NCBI GenBank assembly: GCA_965277105.1 | Contig: OZ255710.1 | Location: 24,730-88,729 of the forward strand | Length of the DNA: 64,000 nt | Direction: 5' to 3' | Source of the DNA: Spirochaetota bacterium | Lineage (GTDB): Bacteria > Spirochaetota > UBA12135 > COTS27 > CAXSBA01 | Shown: positions 56,334 to 64,000 of the stretch, in pieces | How positions within the stretch are numbered: position 1 is the first letter of the stretch | Layout: the number at the start of each line of letters is the position of its first letter | Made by a program: the position numbers and the translations under genes | Notes under the pieces: model-generated | The model's database searches: none | The model's input: the letters and a program-made list of their open reading frames with translations, nothing else | Told to the model about the DNA's origin: nothing

Positions 56334-57575
56334 TTAATAAAAAACCGGCCCATCCTTATCTAGGGTTACTTCAAAATGAATGTATTTATTATTAGAAAGT
56401 GATTCTAAATGCCTTTCTGGGGGTAGCCCTTTTTTTGATGAAGCTGTAAGATTGATTTTCGCTAAAGGGTGGCTTTTTATGTATTTTTCAGCTTTGGCCT
56501 TAGCATCACTTGAGCAACGAAAAAAGTTATTTTTTTCAGAGCAATTAGATATTTTTTCATCTGGAATAATCCCCGAGAAATCAATTCCTTTTTGATTACC
56601 ATTGAGATAACGAAAGTTGATTAATGAAATAGTAAAACCATAATTATTATACTCCCTTTTCCCATATCCTTTCCCGCTCGTGTTATCCCCTATAACAACA
56701 ACTTCTTCAATGAAAGGCTTTATCCCTATTATCAGCATTTCGCTAGCAGAAGCGGTGAAAAAAGAAGTGAGGAAAATAACTCTTTTGATATTAAGTGAGT
56801 TGTTTTGTAAATTCTCTAAGTCATTAGTTCCTTTAAATTCCCTTAAAATAGTCTCCAAACTAGCAAAGTAATAAATTTGTTCTTTAAAATCACTATTTTC
56901 GTGATAGTTTAGTTTTGTAAAAACTTGATTATTTTCTGCATCGTTGTAATAGATCAAACTTCCCAGTAACCAAGCAACGTCTACTCTCCCGCCAGAGTTC
57001 GTGGTTAAATCAATAATAATTTCTGTTAAATTATGAGAATACCAGTAGTTGAATAAATTAACTAACTCCACCACGCTATCTTCGTCAAATTCACAGTAAT
57101 CTAAAAAACCAACTTTTTTCGAATCAATGGTTAAAATGGTGTTGGCATAGCGACTATTATAATTTTCTTCATTATAATTAATGTTGTTAATAAATTGGTT
57201 TTTCTGTTTGCTATTTAGGCAATCGATAACATTGGCTTCTATATTTTCTTCAGAGTTTGAAATTACTTTTACTTCGCTCCACTTATCTTGAGAATATTTA
57301 ACGTCTTGAATTAATCCATTAGCAGCTGCCTCAGTGGTGGAGTATTTATTTAGATCGTAATATTTATCGGTTTTATAATAATCATCTTCATACGAGGCCT
57401 TTACTTCGTCTTGCCAGTAATAATTTTTTAATAATTCTTCTTGATAAAGGTGCTGTAAAAAATCAGATCGCTTTACGAGAACTTCTTCATAAATAGTAGC
57501 AATACAAGAAGTTAAAAATAAAATAAAAAAAAAAGATTTCTTTTTAGATTTTCCATTATTGCCAATTTCTTTCAT
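56334..57575 (-). CDS. S41-family peptidase-like lipoprotein (no PDZ segment)
   Basis: 413 aa. Lipobox FLTSC; DLTTNSGGRVDV, TASASEMLI and NTSGKGYG (Ser/Lys dyad context). Paralogue of the upstream gene. Confidence 0.7.
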   Translation of the reverse strand: MKEIGNNGKSKKKSFFFILFLTSCIATIYEEVLVKRSDFLQHLYQEELLKNYYWQDEVKASYEDDYYKTDKYYDLNKYSTTEAAANGLIQDVKYSQDKWSEVKVISNSEENIEANVIDCLNSKQKNQFINNINYNEENYNSRYANTILTIDSKKVGFLDYCEFDEDSVVELVNLFNYWYSHNLTEIIIDLTTNSGGRVDVAWLLGSLIYYNDAENNQVFTKLNYHENSDFKEQIYYFASLETILREFKGTNDLENLQNNSLNIKRVIFLTSFFTASASEMLIIGIKPFIEEVVVIGDNTSGKGYGKREYNNYGFTISLINFRYLNGNQKGIDFSGIIPDEKISNCSEKNNFFRCSSDAKAKAEKYIKSHPLAKINLTASSKKGLPPERHLESLSNNKYIHFEVTLDKDGPVFY

Positions 57576-59118
57576 AAGGAATTTCTATTTTTTCTTTTGG
57601 GGCATTAATCGAAAAAGAATAATAGGTATTATCTATTTTACTATTAAAAGCACTAGGAGAATACCCTGAGCGAATTACCTGTTCTTCTTCTAATTTTGCT
57701 TGCAAATCATTTATAGCTAAATCAAATAAGTTTTCTCCGGTCCCCCAATTTTGGTTTATATCATCCTCTCCTTCAAATCCCGGCGTAGGTGGAATTCCCG
57801 TGAATTCCACTCCTTCATCATCAGCATTAAAGTACCTAAAGTTAATAATACTCTGATAATACCCCCGTGCTAAATTTGTTTTTGGGATTTGCCCGTATCC
57901 TTTGCCTCGGGTATTTTCCCCAACCACGATAACTTTAACATACGGCTCTAATGCTTTAATGAGGAGTTCGCTAGCGGAGGCACTGTCTTCCGTTACTAGA
58001 AAGTAGGCCGACTTAATCGATAGATTAACAATATTACTAGCGGGATAATCTTTAGTGCTAATGTCAAAATTTTCACTAAGAAAAGCAGAATCAATTTTTT
58101 CTATAAGTTGAATTTCATCTTTATAATAGCTAACTTCTCTAAAATCCAGTTTGACGAAGTCTTTTCCAAAGTTATTGATGAGCATGCTGGTAATGAATCG
58201 GGTAACATCTACTCGTCCTCCTCCATTGTAGCGTAAGTCAAAAATCACGTCTTTAACATTATTTTGTTTCCAGAAATAAAACATATTCAAAAGATCTACC
58301 ACGCTCTCTTCATCAAATTCAGTATAAATAGCATAGCCAATATTTTTTGTTAAGTTTTTTTGACTATTCGCTAGAGAAATAAGGGTAGGAGCAAATCTTT
58401 TATCTATTTTTTCTTCATCTTCTTGGTTAATGTTAAGTAAATAGTGGGGTTCCAGTTTTTCTCTACTAGATGAGATGGTTTTTTCCCCATTGGGCCCTTC
58501 TAAGGTAAAAGTGCCAGAGGTAGAGTAGAATATCTCTTCTTGGTATAAAGCTAGATTATTGGTGAGAGTTGTATCGATAACTTCTTTATAATACGTTGCT
58601 TTGGTGCTTCCATTTACTTTAAAACTGGTAATTCTATCCCCCCGTTTCATTCCTGCTCGGTCAATAGGAGAGCCCGGATTAACATAAACTATCCTTAAAG
58701 TTAAATTATCTTCTTCTTTTTCTTCTTCTTCAGTGTTATACCTAAATCCATATAATGCCCCATTACCCGAAGAGCTATAAATACGTATAGGCCCTACATA
58801 GCTCCATTTATCTTCACTATATTTTACATCGTTAAAATATTCGTTAGCAGCACTAGCATTATAAGGGAAAAGGTTTTTATCATAATATTTCGAATCGCTG
58901 TAGCTAATTTCTTTTAGTTGATCATACCAGTAGTATTCTACTTTGATGTCTTCGTATAAGTTTTTTAATATTAATTCTCTTCCAGCGTCTGCGTTGGAAT
59001 TATTAGGATTTTCATTATTGGGGTTGGGGCTGATAACATTATTATTTTCTAAACAACTAAAGAGAAAAAAAAAGCATAGGAAAGCAGAGAGTTTAAGGGA
59101 AATAGTATTTTTTTTCAT
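57556..59118 (-). CDS. S41-family peptidase lipoprotein with PDZ-like segment
   Basis: 520 aa. Lipobox LFSC; PDZ-like NPGSPIDRAGMKRGDRI; DLRYNGGGRVDV, SASASELLI, NTRGKGYG. Overlaps the downstream paralogue by 20 nt. Confidence 0.75.
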   Translation of the reverse strand: MKKNTISLKLSAFLCFFFLFSCLENNNVISPNPNNENPNNSNADAGRELILKNLYEDIKVEYYWYDQLKEISYSDSKYYDKNLFPYNASAANEYFNDVKYSEDKWSYVGPIRIYSSSGNGALYGFRYNTEEEEKEEDNLTLRIVYVNPGSPIDRAGMKRGDRITSFKVNGSTKATYYKEVIDTTLTNNLALYQEEIFYSTSGTFTLEGPNGEKTISSSREKLEPHYLLNINQEDEEKIDKRFAPTLISLANSQKNLTKNIGYAIYTEFDEESVVDLLNMFYFWKQNNVKDVIFDLRYNGGGRVDVTRFITSMLINNFGKDFVKLDFREVSYYKDEIQLIEKIDSAFLSENFDISTKDYPASNIVNLSIKSAYFLVTEDSASASELLIKALEPYVKVIVVGENTRGKGYGQIPKTNLARGYYQSIINFRYFNADDEGVEFTGIPPTPGFEGEDDINQNWGTGENLFDLAINDLQAKLEEEQVIRSGYSPSAFNSKIDNTYYSFSINAPKEKIEIPYERNWQ

Positions 59119-59245
59119 TTAGTTTGTCGTTGAAAAATTATAAAGTTAAGGAATAAGTAAGATTATTAATCTTTTTACCCAAATACTGTTTATTCTAATA
59201 ATATAATAAAATTATTGTTATAAAACAACCACTAATAAAAATAAA

Positions 59246-60913
59246 ATGAAAAATAAGTTTATTTTACCAAAACAAAATAATTTAAAAAATCGAGGGCTTA
59301 TTCTTACCATTGTGCTAGATGGGATAGGGATATCTCCTAGGGAAGAAGGCAATGCCTTTAAACAAGCTTATACCCCTACCTTAACCAAACTTTTAAAAAA
59401 TACCCTTTATCGAGAAATTTTTGCTCATGGAACGCATGTTGGACTTCCCACTGATGATGATATGGGGAACTCTGAGGTGGGGCATAACGCTTTAGGTGCT
59501 GGCAATATTTATCCTCAAGGGGCAAAGTTGGTTAATCTAGCTATTAAACAAAATGCTATACCCAGCAATCCGAACTGGCAAAAAGCCATTAACCAAGTAA
59601 AAACTAAGTCTTCTAAGCTCCATTTTTTGGGCTTACTATCGGATGGCAATGTGCATTCTCATTTAGACCATTTAAAATATTTAGTAGAAAACGCAGCTAA
59701 GGAGGGAGTGCAGAATATTTTCCTCCATCTTTTTTTGGATGGCCGCGATACCGAGCCTCATTCTAGCCTGAATTACTTAGCTGATTTGCAGGCTTTTTTT
59801 GCTAGGGTTAAAGAAAAATATCAGATACTGCCGCAAATTGCTTCCTTTGGAGGGAGGATGATTATCGTTATGGATCGCTATGAAGCGGATTGGTCTATGA
59901 TTGAAAAAGGATGGCAGCTTATCGTAGAAGGCGAAGGGGAGAAATGTTGGGACGCTTTAGAAAAAGTAAAAGAGATTAAAAAAAATGATCCTAATTTAAA
60001 TGATCAATATATCCCTCCTCATATTGTAGCTGACCCGCAAACAAATGCCCCATTAGCTACAGTTGATGATAACGACAGTGTGGTTTTTTTTAACTTCCGA
60101 GGGGACCGGGCTATTGAAATGTGTCAAGCATTAGAAAACGAGAAGTTGCCAACCATTGAGAAAAAAAAGCACCCTAAGATTTTTTTTGTTGGGCTATTGG
60201 AATACGATCCCGATAAAAAAATTCCTAGAAATTTTCTTATTAACCCACCGAAAATTGCTGAAGTCATGGGGCAATATCTCGTGCATAATAAAGTGAAATT
60301 ATTCGCCCTTTCAGAAACTCAGAAGTATGGGCATGTTACTTACTTTTGGAATGGTAATCGTTCTAATAAATTTAACGAAAGCTTAGAAGACTATTTTGAA
60401 ATCCCAAGTGATAACGTTCCTTTCGATGAAAGGCCGTGGATGAAAAGTGCTGAAATAGCTGATAAGACTATTGAGCTTATTCAAAGTGAAAAATATCAAT
60501 GTGGGAGGATTAACTTTCCTAATGGCGACATGGTTGGGCATACTGGTGAACTTACGGCTACTCGTTTATCGGTCGAAGCCGTTGATTGGCAGTTAGCGAG
60601 AATTTTAAAAGCTTTAGAAAAAGTAAATGGGGTAGCGATTATTTTAGCTGACCACGGAAACTGTGAAGAAATGTATCAGATCGATAAAAACCAAAACACT
60701 AAAAAAGACGATTTAGGGAATTCTCTCAAAAAAACCTCGCATACCACGAACAAAGTTCCCCTTTTTATTTTTGATCCTCTTTATAGTGGAGAATATAGCT
60801 GGCAAGAGGTGGATAACCCAGGTTTAAGTAATATTGCTAGCACTACTTTAGAGTTATTGAATTTTGCACCACCGGATACTTTTCGTCCTTCGCTTTTAAA
60901 ATGGAATCACTAA
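59246..60913 (+). CDS. gpmI: 2,3-bisphosphoglycerate-independent phosphoglycerate mutase (long form)
   Basis: 555 aa. LDGIGISP, DDDMGNSEVGHNALGAG, NGDMVGHTG, ADHGN. Confidence 0.9.
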   Translation: MKNKFILPKQNNLKNRGLILTIVLDGIGISPREEGNAFKQAYTPTLTKLLKNTLYREIFAHGTHVGLPTDDDMGNSEVGHNALGAGNIYPQGAKLVNLAIKQNAIPSNPNWQKAINQVKTKSSKLHFLGLLSDGNVHSHLDHLKYLVENAAKEGVQNIFLHLFLDGRDTEPHSSLNYLADLQAFFARVKEKYQILPQIASFGGRMIIVMDRYEADWSMIEKGWQLIVEGEGEKCWDALEKVKEIKKNDPNLNDQYIPPHIVADPQTNAPLATVDDNDSVVFFNFRGDRAIEMCQALENEKLPTIEKKKHPKIFFVGLLEYDPDKKIPRNFLINPPKIAEVMGQYLVHNKVKLFALSETQKYGHVTYFWNGNRSNKFNESLEDYFEIPSDNVPFDERPWMKSAEIADKTIELIQSEKYQCGRINFPNGDMVGHTGELTATRLSVEAVDWQLARILKALEKVNGVAIILADHGNCEEMYQIDKNQNTKKDDLGNSLKKTSHTTNKVPLFIFDPLYSGEYSWQEVDNPGLSNIASTTLELLNFAPPDTFRPSLLKWNH

Positions 60914-60989
60914 AATAAAAAATACTAGGTAGTTTTTTAAAACATAGTATTATAATAAATGAATTTATATTAAAAATAAGGAAAAATAA

Positions 60990-61571
60990 ATGGTAAAAAC
61001 ATTATCAACAATGAAATTAAATTTAGGTGATAAAGCTCCTGATTTTACACTCTTAGAGCCGGCAAAAAACAAGCTTTTTTCTCTAAAAGAAAATGTAGCA
61101 GAAAAAGGTTATTTAATTATTTTTCTCTGTAATCATTGTCCTTATGTGCTGCACATTGCTAAGGAGTTAAGCAAAGCAACTAAAACATTTTCTCAAGAAG
61201 GAATTTTGGTTGTAGGAATTAATAGTAACGATGTAAAAAGTCACCCCGAAGACAGCCCTGATAAAATGATAAAAGAGATTGCGCGACAAGATTATTCTTT
61301 CCCTTATTTATTTGATGAAAATCAAGAAGTAGCTAAGCAATATCAAGCGGCTTGCACTCCCGACTTTTTTCTTTTCGATGAAAATAAAAAGCTAGTTTAT
61401 CGCGGGCAATTTGACGATAGTAGGCCGGGGAATGAGATAGCAGTTACTGGGAAAGATTTGCAACAGGCGGTGGATCATTTGATAAAAAAATTACCTCCTT
61501 TGAATAAACAAAAACCTAGTTTAGGCTGTAATATAAAGTGGCAAGCGGGTAATGAGCCTACTTATTTTTAA
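60990..61571 (+). CDS. Thioredoxin-fold (AhpC/TSA-like) protein
   Basis: 193 aa. CNHCPYV redox motif; DFTLLEP..FSL substrate-side block. Confidence 0.75.
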   Translation: MVKTLSTMKLNLGDKAPDFTLLEPAKNKLFSLKENVAEKGYLIIFLCNHCPYVLHIAKELSKATKTFSQEGILVVGINSNDVKSHPEDSPDKMIKEIARQDYSFPYLFDENQEVAKQYQAACTPDFFLFDENKKLVYRGQFDDSRPGNEIAVTGKDLQQAVDHLIKKLPPLNKQKPSLGCNIKWQAGNEPTYF

Positions 61572-61582
61572 AAATTAGCAAA

Positions 61583-61750
61583 ATGGATTTCACCAAGTAC
61601 GTAAGTGGTTACTGGTCTATTTGGTTGGTATTAGTTATTTTATGGAATTTTGGCTTTCCTACAGTTGCCCCTATATGGGACGTTATTGTTGCAGTCCTTT
61701 TATCTTTTTTTTTCCAGTTTTTAAAAAATAAAAAAAACCAAAAAACTTAG
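61583..61750 (+). CDS. Possible small membrane protein (below the ORF-track size cut-off)
   Basis: My translation: MDFTKYVSGYWSIWLVLVILWNFGFPTVAPIWDVIVAVLLSFFFQFLKNKKNQKT (55 aa), two hydrophobic helices and a basic tail. No clear Shine-Dalgarno. Confidence 0.3.
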   Translation: MDFTKYVSGYWSIWLVLVILWNFGFPTVAPIWDVIVAVLLSFFFQFLKNKKNQKT

Positions 61751-61852
61751 TTGAAATAGTTATTTCTTATATTTATTTTTATAATTAATTTTGTTAGTTT
61801 TTTAGATTTCGATAATCCTATATTAGATGATAGGAGTAAAAAAATAGACAAA

Positions 61853-62653
61853 CTATTTCAAGAAATTTTTAAATAAAAGTACTATTAAAAAAAAAGACAC
61901 ACTTACTAGAACAATCACTGATCCAGGCGGAAGGTTGAAAATAAAGGATAAAACTATCCCTAAAAATACGGTAAAGACAACCATTAAACCACTTAAAAAA
62001 TGAGTTTGGCGGAAGTTGCTGGTTAGCTGGAGAGCGGTGGCTGCTGGCAAGATAATTAAAGCTGAAACTAAAAGAGCCCCTACTATTCTAATAGCGATAA
62101 TAACACTAAGGGAAACTAAAATAATAAAGAAGTTGTTTAATAAGTTTACCTTGATACCTCTCGTTTGGGCAAAGCTTTCATCAAAAGTAATGGAAAATAG
62201 CTGCTGATAAAAAATAAAAACCACTCCTAGAATAATGGTAGTTAAAACAATGGTAATAACAACGTCTTGATTACTAATAAATAAAATGCTCCCAAATAAA
62301 AAATGCATTAAATCAATGGTGAAGTTAGTTGAAATGCTACTTAAAATAACTGCTAGAGAAACCCCAATAGCTGACATAATGCCTAGAGCAGCATCAAGGT
62401 GCATGCGACGATTCCTGCTAATACGGAGAATAAAAAGGGAAATGCTCACCGTTATTGGAGCGGCTAAATAGAGAGGGTACACTCCCACAAAAACCCCTAC
62501 GGTCAAAGCCCCTAAGGCAACGTGAGCTAGGCTATCACCAATTAAAGACATCTTTCTCAAAACTAAAAAAATACCAATCTGGGAGCAGGCAATCCCTACC
62601 AAGATACTTACTAAAAGAGCTTTTTGAGCGTAAGGATTACTAAGGAGAGTCAT
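61853..62653 (-). CDS. znuB: Zinc/metal ABC transporter permease (ABC-3 family)
   Basis: 266 aa, polytopic. MSLIGDSLAHVALGA. Confidence 0.85.
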   Translation of the reverse strand: MTLLSNPYAQKALLVSILVGIACSQIGIFLVLRKMSLIGDSLAHVALGALTVGVFVGVYPLYLAAPITVSISLFILRISRNRRMHLDAALGIMSAIGVSLAVILSSISTNFTIDLMHFLFGSILFISNQDVVITIVLTTIILGVVFIFYQQLFSITFDESFAQTRGIKVNLLNNFFIILVSLSVIIAIRIVGALLVSALIILPAATALQLTSNFRQTHFLSGLMVVFTVFLGIVLSFIFNLPPGSVIVLVSVSFFLIVLLFKNFLK

Positions 62654-62669
62654 AAAGAATAATTTTAAG

Positions 62670-63386
62670 TTAGTGCTTAGTGGAAGGTTCTTTTTTTAAC
62701 CAAGCGCGATAATTCTTCACATTGCCAAAATAATCCACTTGCTCATTGAGGTGGAGAACTTTGCTGACATACCTTTGGATATATTCCGTATCATGACTAA
62801 CTAAAAGGATAGTCGTTTTTTGTACTTCGTGGAGTTCTTTTAATAAAAGAAAAAAATCTTTTTTTTTTTCAACATCTAAAGCGGTGGAAGGCTCATCTAA
62901 AATGAGAAAAGTAGGAGTATTAATTAACGCTCGAGCTAAAAGAGTTTTTTGTTGTTCTCCGCCTGAGAGCTCGCTATACATCCTTTCTTTTAGATGATTA
63001 ATCTTGAGTTTATCTAAAATATTAGTAATTTTATTTTGCCTTATTTTTTTGCTTAAAAAAAGTTGTTTACTGGTTATCCCGGTGGTTATCACTTCTTCTA
63101 CGTTGGCGGGCATTAATTGATTAAGGTTAGAATTTTTTTGAGGGAGATAGCCAATTTTATGATGCTCTTGAAATTTTTTTCTATTTTTTCCCCATAAACT
63201 AATTTTCCCTTCTACATACGGGACTAACCCTAGCGCTGTTTTTATTAGAGTGGATTTCCCACCGCCATTGGGCCCAGTTAGACCGATAAAGTCTCCTGGG
63301 TTAATGGCGATAGTAATATTTTTTAGGATTCTTCTAGTGTTTAAGAAGACTGATAAATTTTGAGTGGCAAGAATGGATTCTCCCAA
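62670..63386 (-). CDS. znuC: Zinc/metal ABC transporter ATP-binding protein
   Basis: 238 aa. GPNGGGKST, LSGGEQQK, LILDEP. Confidence 0.88.
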   Translation of the reverse strand: MGESILATQNLSVFLNTRRILKNITIAINPGDFIGLTGPNGGGKSTLIKTALGLVPYVEGKISLWGKNRKKFQEHHKIGYLPQKNSNLNQLMPANVEEVITTGITSKQLFLSKKIRQNKITNILDKLKINHLKERMYSELSGGEQQKTLLARALINTPTFLILDEPSTALDVEKKKDFFLLLKELHEVQKTTILLVSHDTEYIQRYVSKVLHLNEQVDYFGNVKNYRAWLKKEPSTKH

Positions 63387-63391
63387 AATTT

Positions 63392-64000
63392 TTATTGGCA
63401 GTCAAGTCCTTTTTTTAAGCTGGCTAAATTGCCTTCCATTATATCAAAGTAACTAACTCCTTGGTCGATTTGCTCGGGAGTTAGCACGTTAGCGTTACTA
63501 AGAGGAAGTAATTCAACTTTAGCATTCTCCATTAAACTACGATTTTTAGGAGATTTTTCCGTTTCTTCATAAAAAACATATTTTACTTTTTCTTTTTCTA
63601 TCTCGGAGGTTATTCCCATAAAAGATTTTAGGCGCATTTCTGCTTGGGAAGAAAGGTTATCAATAAAAGGGGTGTAATGAAGATCATAGCGCTCGGCTAC
63701 ATAGGAAAAAGCATTATGTCCTAGAAGATAAAAATCTTTGCTCCCACAACTAGCTAAACTAGTTTGATATTTTTCGTGTAATGCTGAAAGTTTTTCCTGT
63801 AAAACTTGCTTGTTAGCTTCTATGGTTTCTTTTCGCTCGGGGAATGCTTGGATTAAATTATCACTAAGGTAATCAATCGCTTTACTCGTAATAGAAAAGT
63901 CTAACCAAAAGTGGGGGTCAAATTCTCCATGGTCATGGTGATGTTTGTCGTGGTGACCAGCGTGGTCGTCGCGGTGTTCATCATGGTGTCCTTCCTTGTG
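63392..64000 (-). CDS. znuA: Zinc ABC transporter substrate-binding protein with His-rich loop (5' end beyond window)
   Basis: The frame is open to the window edge. My translation is HKEGHHDEHRDDHAGHHDKHHHDHGEFDPHFWLDF..LGHNAFSYVAERY.., continuing into track ORF 63392-63637. Confidence 0.85.
   Translation of the reverse strand, partial: HKEGHHDEHRDDHAGHHDKHHHDHGEFDPHFWLDFSITSKAIDYLSDNLIQAFPERKETIEANKQVLQEKLSALHEKYQTSLASCGSKDFYLLGHNAFSYVAERYDLHYTPFIDNLSSQAEMRLKSFMGITSEIEKEKVKYVFYEETEKSPKNRSLMENAKVELLPLSNANVLTPEQIDQGVSYFDIMEGNLASLKKGLDCQ

Noticed and set aside
59159-59173. Perfect 7-1-7 palindrome AAGATTA-T-TAATCTT between the S41 lipoprotein and gpmI. A similar imperfect 20-bp palindrome AATCAATTATATTATAGATT lies at the uvrB promoter (20557-20576).
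   Set aside because: A rough estimate for this AT content suggests one or more such short palindromes are expected by chance in the intergenic DNA of this window. There is no match to known SOS, Fur, PerR or Zur boxes.

Overview
Dense, strongly AT-rich bacterial chromosomal segment (about 30% GC by eye). It uses the standard bacterial code: TGA is a stop and an RF2 gene is present. I support about 58 protein genes, one tRNA-Ala and two fragmented pseudogenes. There is no rRNA, CRISPR array, transposase, integrase or phage gene. Most content is housekeeping. Translation: infC-rpmI-rplT-tRNA(Ala), rpsD, prfB, hpf. Chaperones and secretion: groES/groEL, yajC-secD-secF. Repair and cell wall: uvrB, murB, murG, murI. 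Metabolism: aroE, hemL, hemW, fbp, gpmI, an Fe/Mn superoxide dismutase, a pirin and a menC-like gene. Transport: two cluster A-I metal ABC importers (troABCD-like and znuACB with a His-rich ZnuA loop) and a lone pstS. Gene content is reminiscent of spirochaetes (tro operon, HprK/HPr without sugar PTS parts, cyclophilin-FKBP fusion, cNMP-domain regulators), but this window alone cannot place the organism. I found no recognisable defence or mobile system. The observations most worth a second look are: (1) a PlsC-type acyltransferase translationally coupled to an alkyl-DHAP synthase homologue, a candidate aerobic ether-lipid module; (2) an hpf-hprK-ptsH cluster where HPF has a duplicated C-terminal dimerisation domain and HprK has lost its Walker A lysine; (3) a coupled beta-barrel plus 1051-aa Ig-repeat/OmpA envelope pair; (4) a roughly 3.6-kb compositionally different insertion between mrp and secF, with a shattered ada-like gene, a frameshifted EamA gene and two intact EamA permeases; (5) a perfect 7 x 14-nt tandem repeat upstream of prfB; (6) a perfect 13-nt inverted repeat placing the same motif in front of two divergent fatty-acid desaturase genes; (7) a 762-aa orphan protein coupled to murB-fbp. 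All functional calls rest on motif recognition by eye, with no database search.
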